Shown here piece by piece: positions 32,306-42,695 of a DNA stretch of 64,000 nt (its first letter is position 1; each line of letters starts with the position of its first letter). Source of the stretch: an uncultured archaeon (GTDB lineage Archaea; Thermoproteota; Nitrososphaeria; Nitrososphaerales; Gagatemarchaeaceae); assembly GCA_963799775.1 (NCBI GenBank), contig CAWCYD010000003.1, positions 1 through 64,000 on the forward strand. The letters are read 5' to 3'. The notes beneath the pieces were generated by a model, which ran no database searches, was not told the DNA's origin, and was given only the letters and a program-made list of their open reading frames with translations. Made by a program: the position numbers and the translations under genes.

Positions 32306-32465
32306 CCCACCGTCTGACCAGTAATTTCTATCTGAAGTTTACACGTGGATGGTAATTTCTACGATTTACAGACAACCATTCTTATATTCTGAAACGAGCT
32401 TCATCGTTCTCACTCTTGAGAACCGCCTCCTGCACTTATATCCCTGCATCGGAGTTTGTTAAGCC

Positions 32466-33584
32466 ATGAGAACTGATCGGAGAGGAGTGTCAACTTCTGT
32501 AATAGCAGCAGTCGTAGTCGTAGTTCTGATTCTGGTCGTAGCAGCCGCGGTCTATTCGTCTTCGGGTTCCAAGACAGTCACGTCGACGATAACGACCGGC
32601 GCAGGCTCGTCTAGCTCGACTGTGACGACCTCAACCGCTCCGCAATCCAACATCAAGATGGCCGTCGTCCTAGGCGGTGACGCGACCGACGACGGATTCA
32701 ACGACAACGGGATTCAGGTAGCAAACTGGGTCCACGACACCTACGGCTGGAACGTCTCCATCTCTCAGGACGTCCAATACGCTGACCAGAACACGGTCAT
32801 TACCAGCTACGCCCAAGAAGGTTACAACGTCATCTGGACTGACGGCAACCAGTTCATCGGGGCCACCGAGGCAATTGCGGCCCAGTATCCCAAGGTCGAC
32901 TTCGTGATGACTCCGACCTACACGGGAGACAACGTCACGAAGAACCTAGTAGCTGTCAGCGCCGGCTATCAGGCCACAGGCTACTATCTTGCTGGCGTCC
33001 TCGCAGGCAAGATGACAAAGACCGGCGCCACTGGCGTCATACTCGGACAATGGGTGGCAGCAACGGCGCTCGAGTTCTACGCTTACGCTGCCGGGGTCAA
33101 CTCATCGAACCCGCAAGCTCAGGTCTACCTCACCGTCCCCGGGACTTGGTCCGACCCAACTATCGGTTACACGGATGCGACGACCATGATCAGCACCGAC
33201 CATGTGGACATCCTCGTTCCAATCGCTGACGCGACGGGTCGAGGCGTAATCGCCGCGGCCACTGTCGCCAATGCTACCCTCATAGGGACAGTAGAGGACC
33301 AAGTGGACCTGGCTCCTAGCAACATGATGACCAGCGTCTTGCTCAACACGACGGCGTTCATCCAGATGGTCGTCCAGCACGTCAACGCCGGCACCTTCAG
33401 CCAGATAGGGGGTCAGATCATCAACATGAACCTCGGCTATCTGTCTCCATACCACTCGTACTCGACCATAATCCCGACCTCAGTTCAGCAACTCGTCAAC
33501 CAGACAGCCGCCGGAATAAACTCCGGCAAGGTCAACGTCCCGTTCACCTACACAGCGAACCCACCAACGACACCGATGCCTTAG
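32466..33584 (+). CDS. BMP-family ABC substrate-binding protein
   Basis: Archaeal pilin-like signal (RRGVST...), Ser/Thr linker, D.GFN, YLAGVLAGKMTKTG and GTWSDP. Confidence 0.9.
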   Translation: MRTDRRGVSTSVIAAVVVVVLILVVAAAVYSSSGSKTVTSTITTGAGSSSSTVTTSTAPQSNIKMAVVLGGDATDDGFNDNGIQVANWVHDTYGWNVSISQDVQYADQNTVITSYAQEGYNVIWTDGNQFIGATEAIAAQYPKVDFVMTPTYTGDNVTKNLVAVSAGYQATGYYLAGVLAGKMTKTGATGVILGQWVAATALEFYAYAAGVNSSNPQAQVYLTVPGTWSDPTIGYTDATTMISTDHVDILVPIADATGRGVIAAATVANATLIGTVEDQVDLAPSNMMTSVLLNTTAFIQMVVQHVNAGTFSQIGGQIINMNLGYLSPYHSYSTIIPTSVQQLVNQTAAGINSGKVNVPFTYTANPPTTPMP

Positions 33585-33658
33585 CCTGATTCGAAGGGGC
33601 ACCTTTTTGGGGCATCTTCGTTCTCCACTTTGTTGCTCGGGATAATCGTTGCTGAACA

Positions 33659-35213
33659 GTGACCGTGAACACTGAATTGCAACCCGCCGCTTCGCCGACC
33701 CCGCTCGTCGAGATGAGGGGGATATCGAAGAATTTCGGCCGGGTCGTCGCGAACGACGCGGTCAATCTCAAGATCTATCCTGGAGAGGTGCACGCGCTGC
33801 TTGGCGAGAACGGGGCGGGCAAGACCACCCTCATGAACATCCTCTACGGCCTTTACAGGGCAGATTCTGGCGAGATCCTGATCCGCGGCAAACCGGTCTC
33901 TATCCGTTCTCCAAAGGACGCGATAGCCTCCAAGATAGCGATGGTCCACCAGCATTTCGAATTGGTCACGACACTGACGGTGGCGGAGAATATCGGTCTT
34001 GGACTGCGCGCTAGAAGGGAACCACTACTCGACCTCGGCACCGTCGCCCAAAGAACGAGCCAGCTCGCCAAAGAATACGGGCTGAGCGTAAATCCCGAGG
34101 CAAAAGTGGAGCAACTCTCTGTCGGAGAGAGACAGAGGGTGGAGATAATCAAGGCACTCTATCGCGACGCCGATGTCCTGATCCTAGACGAGCCGACGTC
34201 GGTCCTCACGCCCCAAGAAGCCGAAGGCCTCTTCAAGTTCATCAGGTCCATGGCAGCAGAGGGAAGGGCTGTCGTCGTCATCACACACAAGCTCCCCGAA
34301 GTGATGCAGGTGAGCGACAGGGTGACAGTTCTCCGCCACGGGGCGGTCGTCGCCGACCTGGACACCAGGCTCACGAACCCAGACGAACTTGCCGGGATGA
34401 TGGTCGGGAGGGAGCTTCACAGCGGCTCCAGTGGCGGGGCAACTTCACCCGAGGGCACGGAGGCCGTCCTAGAGTTCATCGACGTATCGGCCTACAACGA
34501 CAAGGGCTCGCTCGCCTTGGACCACATTTCTTTCGCGGTGCGCAGCGGCGAGATCCTGGGGATAGCGGGCGTGGCGGGGAACGGTCAGACCGAGCTAGAG
34601 GAGGTCTTGGCCGGGATGAGGCGTGTGAGAGGCGGGAAGATAACAATCAGGGGCAAAGACATGACCAATGCCTCCCCCCGCGAGTTCATAGAGATGGGAG
34701 TAGGTTGCATCCCAGAAGACAGGATGGGGACCGCGCTCGTCCTGGACATGTCGATAGCGGAGAACTTGATCCTGGAGACGAGGAACGACCCTCGATTCAA
34801 GTCTAGAGAGATGCTAAATTCTCAAGGCATCCGGGAGAACGCGACGAAAATCGTCGACCAGTATTCCATCGCATGTGGGAGCATAGACTCACCTGCAAGA
34901 ACCCTCTCTGGCGGAAACATGCAGAAGCTGGTCCTCGCCAAGCGTCCTATCCAGGGATCCGAGAGTCTTGGTCGCCGCTCAGCCAACAGCGGGCCTGGAC
35001 GTGGGAGCGGCAAACTTCATCACCGAGAAGCTGAGGGAGCAAAGGAGAAACGGCGTCGGCGTGCTCCTGATCTCGGGAGACCTGGCAGAGATCACCTCTC
35101 TCAGTGACCGGGTGGCTTGTATCTACGAGGGGAAGATAATGGGGATACTCCCCGCTGACAAGGCAGAGACGAAGGAGCTGGGACTCATGATGGGTGGAGT
35201 GGCCAGGCAATGA
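33659..35213 (+). CDS. ABC transporter ATP-binding protein (two NBDs), frameshifted near 34945
   Basis: GENGAGKT, LSVGERQRVEI, LDEPT, GVAGNGQ and LSGGNMQK. Confidence 0.93.
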
Positions 35214-36175
35214 TGCAAGGAGCACTGGATTCACAAGCGCTCACCCTCGACGCCCTCTCTATAGGGACCTCGGCCGAAGGGATGCTCCGAAAAGGGCGGG
35301 TCGGAAAGATACACAGCGTCTTCCCGCGTGCACTGAACGTGATCTCCGAGGTGGGGATGTTCTGCATCGTGAGAAGAGACGTAGGCGGCGGTCCCATGAA
35401 CGTCGTCGTCGCCCTCGAGAAGAGAGGGCTTGACGAGACGTGCTCCCCTGGCATGGACGTTCGCAACGACGCAGGCGTCCTCAACATAGGCGCAGGCGCC
35501 CTGTCCATCCGTCTGAACACAGCACACCGTCATCCGAAGAAGAGCGCGCGAAGAGTCCTGCTCGGGCCTCTAGCGATAACAAGGAACCTGGCGATCCTTG
35601 CAGACCAGATCTCCTCAGCGGGAGACCCCGAAGGCCTGGGTGGACTACTGCCCTTTCTGAAGGGCAGCACAGATGCGATTGGCCGCGACCTAGGCGTGAG
35701 CCGGGCCGGGGCGATGGCACTGGGGCCATTGTCGTCGCTCGTCAGAGCGCTCGTCACGGGTCAAGCTCAGAGCGTGGGCAAGGCCGCACGCGGTCTTATC
35801 GGCTTGGGTCCGGGACTCACCCCCGCAGCGGACGACCTGCTGGCGGGTTTGATGATAGCCTTTCAGCACACGGCAAATGCTCTCGAAGACGACGATGACC
35901 CGTTCGTGAGAGACTCCAACCTTACCATCTCGTTGATGGCAGAAGGAAGAACAACGTTGCTCAGCAAGGAATTCCTCTTGAATGCAGCCCAAGGGCTAGG
36001 AAGCGAGCACGTCGAGGCGTTGGTCGGCGCTGTGCTCTTCGGGAGCGCGAAGGAGGTCGAACGCGCCGCGCTCAAGGAGATCGCCGTGGGCGCCACTTCC
36101 GGGACGGATACGGCTCTCGGCGTCTATCTGGGTGTGGGAATCGGCTTGGACAGGCATCGGAGGCGGCGGCAGTGA
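35210..36175 (+). CDS. DUF2877 family protein (YlbF/AllH, YahE-like)
   Basis: HSVF, LIGLGPGLTPAADDLLAG, TT.LS and GATSGTD. Confidence 0.9.
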   Translation: MMQGALDSQALTLDALSIGTSAEGMLRKGRVGKIHSVFPRALNVISEVGMFCIVRRDVGGGPMNVVVALEKRGLDETCSPGMDVRNDAGVLNIGAGALSIRLNTAHRHPKKSARRVLLGPLAITRNLAILADQISSAGDPEGLGGLLPFLKGSTDAIGRDLGVSRAGAMALGPLSSLVRALVTGQAQSVGKAARGLIGLGPGLTPAADDLLAGLMIAFQHTANALEDDDDPFVRDSNLTISLMAEGRTTLLSKEFLLNAAQGLGSEHVEALVGAVLFGSAKEVERAALKEIAVGATSGTDTALGVYLGVGIGLDRHRRRRQ

Positions 36176-37980
36176 GCTTGAGACAGGTCGTAGTGGAGAA
36201 AGGGAGTTACAGAGACTCGATCACCCTCATGAAGATCTCGAATGAGGTAGCCGTGCTGAAGGGGATCAAGCAAGCCGCAGCTGCGATGGCGACTCCACTC
36301 AACAAGCGCCTTCTTGGAGACATCGGATTCAAGGGGAAGGAAGTCCAAGAAGCGGCGCCTGAAGACCTCATCCTCGCGGTCGAAGCAGAGGATTCCTCCA
36401 GCCTCAAGGCCGGGATGCAGAGAATCCAGGAGCTTCTCGAGGCCAAAGATACGGCCCCACACGAGGCGAACGCGGTGATGCCCACGACCTTGGACGAGGC
36501 CCTGGCGCAGATGAAGGACGCCAACCTGGCGCTCATCTCGGTCCCCGGCGAGTTCGCGGGAAGAGAGGCCTCGAGGGCATTGGAGAGGGGATTGAACGTG
36601 TTCCTGTTCAGCAGCAATGTGCCCGTCGAAAAGGAGGTCGAGCTGAAGAAGAGCGCAGCCGAGAAGGGGCTTCTGATGATGGGACCTGACTGCGGGACCG
36701 CTATCGTAAACGGGATCGTCCTAGGGTTCGGAAACGTTGTGAAGGGCGGCTCAGTGGGACTCATCTCTGCCTCTGGGACCGGTCTTCAGCAGGTCTCGAC
36801 CCTCGTCGACGAGGCGGGCTTGGGAGTCTCGCAAGCAATCGGGACAGGCGGGAGGGGCACTGTCTGACGAGGTCGGCGCGGCGACGACCATCCAAGCATT
36901 GAGACTCCTTGCCTCGGACCCGAAGACAAAGACGATCGTCATGATCTCGAAACCCCCGGCCGAGAAGACGATGGCCAAGGTTCCTCGTTAACGCTGGAAA
37001 GGCGGGGAAGCCGGTCGTCATCAACTTTCTTGGAGGGAAGCCGGATTCAGTGCCCAAGAACGCCACCGTGGCGTCAACCCTGGAGGAAGCAGCGATTATC
37101 GCTAGCTACATGAGCTCTCAAAAGTCTCAGCTTGCCTTGACCATCGCAAGGGCGCGGAAGGAAGCGCCCGTACTGGCCGCCAAAGAAGCTGCAGAGCTCT
37201 CGCCCTCGCAGAGGTTCGTAAGGGGCCTCTTCTCGGGTGGTACGCTATGCTACGAGGCGCAAGTGGTCATGCGCCCGATCCTGGGAGACATCGCCTCGAA
37301 TGCCCCTCTCTCGTCCGACTCGAAGCTCAAGAGCGCCGATAGGAGCGTGGGGCACACGTGCGTCGACCTTGGGGCCGAGGAGTTCGTAGTTGGCCGCGCC
37401 CACCCGATGATGGACTACACGGTGCGCAAACTGCGAATACTCCAAGAAGCTAGGGACTCTGGCACAGCGGTAATCCTGTTGGACGTCGTTCTCGGTTACG
37501 GCTCGAACCCCGACCCTGCCGGACAGCTCATTCCCGCCATCAAGGAAGCGTTCTCCATCGCTTCCAAGACAAGAAGAAAGCTATGTTTCGTGGCAAGCAT
37601 CGTCGGGACGGAGGGGGCACCCGCAGCGTATCGAGGAGCAGTCAAGGCGGTTGACGGAGGCTGGGGTGACTCTGCTTCCGACCAACGCCCAGGCGTCCCT
37701 CCTCTCCGCGCTCATCGCCACAAGAGGCAAAGGGGCCGAACGCGTCGAATCTGACTCCAGGTCTTTCGCGGCCGAGCCCTCTCAGCAGAGGTCCGGTTCC
37801 ACTCTGGGGCCTGCGCCCAAGTCCAGCCTGCTCGGAAGACCACTGAAGGTTATCAACTTGGGTGTTGGGACATTCGCCGATGACCTCAGGACCCAGAACG
37901 TCCCCGTTCTCAGCGTCGACTGGAGGCCTCCAGCCGGAGGAGACGTCGAAGTGATGGACCTTCTTGACAAGCTCCGATGA
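36172..37980 (+). CDS. fdrA: FdrA family protein (AllF/YahF-like), several frameshifts
   Basis: YRDSITLM, ISVPG, MMGPDCGTA, SASGTGLQ, GTGGR, RGLFSGGTLCYEA, GRAHPM and DVVLGYG, plus C-terminal DWRPPAGG. Confidence 0.9.
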
Positions 37981-38885
37981 GAAAGGCCCTGCATTCACGA
38001 TCTAGAGGCATGAGTCAAGTGCGACGCACGCGAATGAAGACGGTCCCGAGAGACCAGCAGGGCCGTTCTGAAGTCTCGGCCCGCCTTGAGCGGGACTACA
38101 CGGATTTCAAGAAGTCTCGGACTTTCCGCTTCCCCGAGTGGCTCTACGGCAAACCGAAAGGGAAGATCATCGCCCTGAGGGTGGAAGACTGTCCTCGTCC
38201 CGGGGAGACGGCATACTTGGAGATGGACTCGGGGAGGACAGCTTTCCTTAGCGTTGACATGCAGACAGACTTCTGTGGCCCCGGTGGCTACGTCGAGGTA
38301 ATGGGCTACGACCTTCGTCTCACCGCGGCTCCAATACCGCGGATTTCAGCCATGATGGGATACCTGCGAAAAGAGACGGACGTCAAGATAATCCACACGA
38401 GGGAGGGCCACGTCCCAGACCTTGCCGACGCCCCCTACAACAAGCTGCTGAGGAGCAAGGTCGTAGGAGATGGCGTAGGCATAGGCGACGTCCCTCCCAA
38501 GGGGATGGGGAGGCTGCTCGTAAGAGGACAGGAGAACTGGGAGATCGTCGACGCGCTCCGCCCTAGACCAGGGGAGGCCGTGATTGACAAGCCCACTAAG
38601 GGAGCCTTCGGCTCCAGCTCCATCGAGACGGTGCTGGCAGATTCAGACATCAGATACCTCATCATCGGCGGAGTGACGACCGACGTCTGCGTCCACAGCG
38701 TGATGAGGGAGGCGAACGACAGAGGATATTGGTGTGTCCTCCTGAAGGACTGCACCGCTGCGACGGACAGAGGAAACTATCTGGCTGCCATCAAGCAGAT
38801 CAAGATGTCAGGAGGGATTTTCGGCTGGGTGTCGGATTCGAAGGAGTTCATCCGCGCAGCCAAGCGCGCGTTCGCGTCGTCCTGA
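37977..38885 (+). CDS. Isochorismatase-family cysteine hydrolase, biuret hydrolase (BiuH)-like (true start probably 38010-38034)
   Basis: DMQTDFCGPGGYV..MGYDL, HTREGH.PDLAD, IDKPTKGAF, TTDVCV..MREANDRGY and KMSGGIFG. Confidence 0.82.
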   Translation: MRKALHSRSRGMSQVRRTRMKTVPRDQQGRSEVSARLERDYTDFKKSRTFRFPEWLYGKPKGKIIALRVEDCPRPGETAYLEMDSGRTAFLSVDMQTDFCGPGGYVEVMGYDLRLTAAPIPRISAMMGYLRKETDVKIIHTREGHVPDLADAPYNKLLRSKVVGDGVGIGDVPPKGMGRLLVRGQENWEIVDALRPRPGEAVIDKPTKGAFGSSSIETVLADSDIRYLIIGGVTTDVCVHSVMREANDRGYWCVLLKDCTAATDRGNYLAAIKQIKMSGGIFGWVSDSKEFIRAAKRAFASS

Positions 38886-39197
38886 CTCGCTCTTCACATC
38901 CTCTCTTGCATCAGCCTGCAATTGGGGCGAAATGGGAGAAGCGCCGCTAATTTCACCGAAATCGAAGCGGTCAACGGCTCCGGAGATTCGGGTCAGCGCC
39001 CCTTAGCGAGCTTCCCAGAGTCTGACTTCCAGGCGTCCAAACAGCCGATTGATGGAATAAACAACAATTCCAACTCGCGAATCCAAGATAATTCCCGAAT
39101 TCCAATCAAAAACGAAGGAATTCCAATTCCACGAACCGCGTCTAGATTAGCGGTCACAGACCAACCTGAAACCCAGGAAAGGGGGTGAAACTGACAC

Positions 39198-39632
39198 TTG
39201 AAAATTGAAAGGATCGCCGGGATCGCTGCCTTGGCGGCCGTGCTCCTCATGGCCGGGTCATCTGCGGTTCCCTTGTACGCCGACACTGCCTCTATCGCAT
39301 CGACCGGGGGAGCATCTCCCCGGGTCAGCATGGTCGGACAGGCCTGGATGAACTACACAGGCCCAGCGCCCACCCTGCTCGCCACCTATACCGACCAATC
39401 CAGCAACCAGACAGCCCCAATGAACGCCACCGCAATAGCCACAGTCCACAACGTCATCGGCCAGACCATCGCGATCGAGTCGGTCTCGATCATAGGCCTC
39501 AGCGATGGCCAGAATGCGACAATCGGGTTCGCCCTGAACCTCCCCTACGACGCGTACACAGTGAACCTGTTCGTCGTTGACGCCTCGGGCGCAGCGGTCT
39601 CGGCAAACACCAACAGCACGGTGATAGCTTGA
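39198..39632 (+). CDS. Secreted protein with an Ig-like domain of thaumarchaeal surface-protein type
   Basis: Signal peptide followed by VHNVIGQT...YTVNLFVVDASGAAVS. Confidence 0.65.
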   Translation: MKIERIAGIAALAAVLLMAGSSAVPLYADTASIASTGGASPRVSMVGQAWMNYTGPAPTLLATYTDQSSNQTAPMNATAIATVHNVIGQTIAIESVSIIGLSDGQNATIGFALNLPYDAYTVNLFVVDASGAAVSANTNSTVIA

Positions 39633-39886
39633 ACCCCAAGACGGCCGGAGGCGAGACGCGAGCGGAGAGCAGAGGAAACTGTGACACAGAATCTGCTCCC
39701 CTCGTGGCTTTTCTGCCTTGCAGGCTGAGGGACCTGGGCGATAATCAACGATCGCGCTCGCTCTCCGTGGAAGGGCTAGACGAGTTCCGACTCTGCGGTA
39801 ACTATAGTCATTCTGTCAACTCTTTACGAATTGGTCTAGAACTCTAGAGTTCGATGTCTCTCTACTCACTTCTGCTCCTCTTCGTA

Positions 39887-40934
39887 ATGTCCAGGAGAAT
39901 CACACTAATCAGGCACATGTCAAGGGAGGACCTCGAGTCGAGGTGCCGGAAGGAGAAGGACGGGCGGGTGAAGGAGAGGGCGCTGGCAATACTCCGGCTC
40001 TACGATGGCGTCACTGAGGAGGAGACAGCGAAAGCCGTCGCGAGATGCGAGAAGTCCGTCAGGAACTGGCTCAAGAGGTGGAACGAGAAGAGGTACGTCG
40101 GCCTCGCACCAGAGTTCGACGGAGGGCCGAAGCCCAAGATGGATAGCGGCGAGTGGGACAAGATAGTCAAGGAGATCGAGGGCAAGGGCATGACCATCAA
40201 GGATGTCGAGGTCTACGTCAAGGACACCAGGGGGGTCCACTACGCCTACAAGACCGTCTGGGAGGTCACTCAGGAAGGAAAAGAAGGTGAGGTACGGGAA
40301 GGCGTACAAGATGAACGCGAAGAGGCCTCCCGACGCAGAAGGGATTCTGAAAAAAACCTAGACGAGGCTCTCTCTGAGATCAAGGACGAGTACGGCGACG
40401 CCGTCAAACCGATAATGGGGTTCACCGACGAGAGCTCGCTCAGGGTCGACCCGACGAAGAGAAGGGTCATCAACACGCCCGTCATCCGCTTCAAAGACAA
40501 GGGCGAGAGGTATGCCGCGCGCTCGATGACAATCTTCGGCTTCATGTCGCTGAACGGGAAGGACGTCGTCATGGCATCGCAGCAGGCCAAGGCCGTCGAT
40601 ATGGTTTCCTTCCTCGAGGCGGTGAGAGATGCGAACGGCAGAAGGAGGCCGATGCTCATCGTCGTCGACAACGCGAGGATCCACACTGCGAGGGTCAAAA
40701 GATGACTGCCGGCGACCTCTCCATCTACCTCGTGTTCCTCCCGCCGTACTCACCAGACCTCCAGCCCATCGAGTTCGGCTGGAAGGACCTCAAGAGGGAG
40801 CTGGCAGCGAGGCTGGACTTCGATGGCATGATAGATGCGAGCGGCCCGACAGCGCTGAGACTCTTCGAGGAGAGGAAGAGGCAGCCTATTCGGCAAGCTG
40901 GATCAAGTCATTCATTATGAAAAGAAGTACATAG
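39887..40934 (+). CDS. IS630-family transposase (frameshifted)
   Basis: HTH (VRNWLKRWN), DDE residues in FTDES / VDNARIH / PIE, and LPPYSPDLQPIE. Confidence 0.92.
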
Positions 40935-41074
40935 CGGTGAAGCAGAATAATTTTGGGTAACGCACTGCCTGAGTTCTTTAATACTTCTCTAGAACATTTG
41001 AATATCAGGTCGTTTTTTGGGCAAGTCAAGAATCGGAATCGTAGGAGTCGTCGTGCCTTATCCTCCTGATATCG

Positions 41075-41704
41075 ATGAGGGTCTCTTCCACCCAAGCTTG
41101 GCAGCTGGGATGGCAAACAAGCGACTCGGATTGGGGATATGGAGTGGAGAGTTGGCAAGAAGTTGTGGGCGAGGCCAATTTCGCCGCCGTCACTGGTTTC
41201 ACCGATTACCCAAACGGGTGCTGGAATACGATAGAAACGGCACTCTACGACGATGGGTCGTATGGATACATCGCCTTTGAGAACATATGTAGTACCTACC
41301 AAGTTACTGGAAATCTTTGCAACACAGCCTCTCAATGGACGTCGTATGCGCAATCGATCTACTGGGGTGGTTACGGCGGCTGGACTTTCTCTAGCGGCTG
41401 CGGAGGCTCATACACACCATCTGAGACCCCTGGAGAATCCGAAAATGGTGCCATGAGCGTTGACATGATGGAGGCAGGCAGCGGCGACTTCGGAAGTGGC
41501 AAAGCCTTCGTTGAGTTTAACCCGTCCTTACACTATCTCGATACCTCCTGGGCCTGGGAACCTGCGGAGTACGTAGTGACCTACAACAATGGCTACGCAG
41601 CCCCTTCAACACTGGGAGCAGACTACTCTTGCTCTACCCCCTGGCTAGCCATCGACTCGGACTACGCGCCGCCTTGGTACTCTGGGAGCTGGGTATGCCC
41701 GTGA
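41075..41704 (+). CDS. Trp/Tyr/Gly-rich extracellular-type protein, possible glutamic-peptidase-like fold; N-terminus uncertain
   Basis: 209-aa lower-GC ORF with NTIETALY, several Cys residues and C-terminal WVCP. Confidence 0.55.
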   Translation: MRVSSTQAWQLGWQTSDSDWGYGVESWQEVVGEANFAAVTGFTDYPNGCWNTIETALYDDGSYGYIAFENICSTYQVTGNLCNTASQWTSYAQSIYWGGYGGWTFSSGCGGSYTPSETPGESENGAMSVDMMEAGSGDFGSGKAFVEFNPSLHYLDTSWAWEPAEYVVTYNNGYAAPSTLGADYSCSTPWLAIDSDYAPPWYSGSWVCP

Positions 41705-41714
41705 CGGTGAGACA

Positions 41715-42377
41715 ATGAAGAGCATCGTTCTAGCTGTGTTTGTAATCGCTATAGTTGGAGTCGCGGCGTTCTCCATCTACAGTCTGTCCAATTCGGCAAA
41801 TCCAGCAAGCACTAGCACTGCTCCCTTGACTGCATCTGAGACCATGTCGAATACCGCGTCAGGGCCTGGTTTGACCTTCAATTCGACCAGTCATCTGCCT
41901 AACGGGTGCAATGCTGCAGCCCAAACATCCTCAAGTGACGGTTACGCATTGACCATCTACATCAACTCAACCGCTGTCAAGCTCGGCAACACGATGTGCA
42001 TCACCGCCTACCTCAAGAACATGAATTCAACCGTTACTCTAGATCAAGCCACCGCCTACAAGGCGAACTTCAACTTCAGCGTGATTGACTCCTCAGGAAG
42101 GACCGTCCTCGTGGTATTCTGCACAGGTACGCAACCACCACCGGCCTCAGTTTCCGGATCGGAGTTTACCAAGCCTGTGACGAATTTCATATGTTCGGAC
42201 CTATGGAACACTAGGGCATCTTATGTGACCTCGCCTAACACGACGCCTAGCCCAGGAGCGTACCAGATCATTGCATTAGCAAGCTTTCCGACTTGGAACG
42301 GGGTCACACAGCAAAACTCAACCGGACACATCACAATGACGACCAACGTTCAGGTACAGGCTGCAGCCTCTGGCTGA
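41715..42377 (+). CDS. Membrane-anchored extracellular Ig-like protein (BsuPI-like pattern)
   Basis: Signal anchor and Ser/Thr linker, then ITAYLKN, FNFSVIDSSG, LWN and PGAYQIIA. Confidence 0.6.
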   Translation: MKSIVLAVFVIAIVGVAAFSIYSLSNSANPASTSTAPLTASETMSNTASGPGLTFNSTSHLPNGCNAAAQTSSSDGYALTIYINSTAVKLGNTMCITAYLKNMNSTVTLDQATAYKANFNFSVIDSSGRTVLVVFCTGTQPPPASVSGSEFTKPVTNFICSDLWNTRASYVTSPNTTPSPGAYQIIALASFPTWNGVTQQNSTGHITMTTNVQVQAAASG

Positions 42378-42695
42378 GGGATGGTTGCTGACTTTGAGAT
42401 ATTTGGTTGTGTCAGGCCAAATTGCAGCAAACTGCGCATCCTTGTTGGTTTGTTAGTACGGGGACCAGAAGATTGCACGACGGCAACTGACATTCGCACG
42501 TCAGAGCTTCGCTTCTGGGTTCCAGCATCTCAACCCCATTCGTCAGCGGGGGCTCGTCCCAGAGGGAGTGGCAGTAGGTTGTTCTTGTCGAGTTTGAGGT
42601 CAGGCGACGGACAAGGAAGATGGGGCAGTTCACCTGACCATTCATAACGGAAAGAAGTTGACAGAATGACTATAGTTACTGCGTGCAGCGGCTGG

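Larger units (their letters stand above)
39798..42679 (+). mobile_element. IS630-family element with passenger genes
   Basis: Perfect 24-bp inverted repeats at 39798-39821 (GTAACTATAGTCATTCTGTCAACT) and 42656-42679, with TA dinucleotides near the outer ends. Confidence 0.82.

Noticed and set aside
32321-32362. GTAATTTCTA(C) resembling a Cas12a repeat
   Set aside because: Only two 10-bp copies, no repeat hairpin and no cas genes. No CRISPR array was seen in the window.
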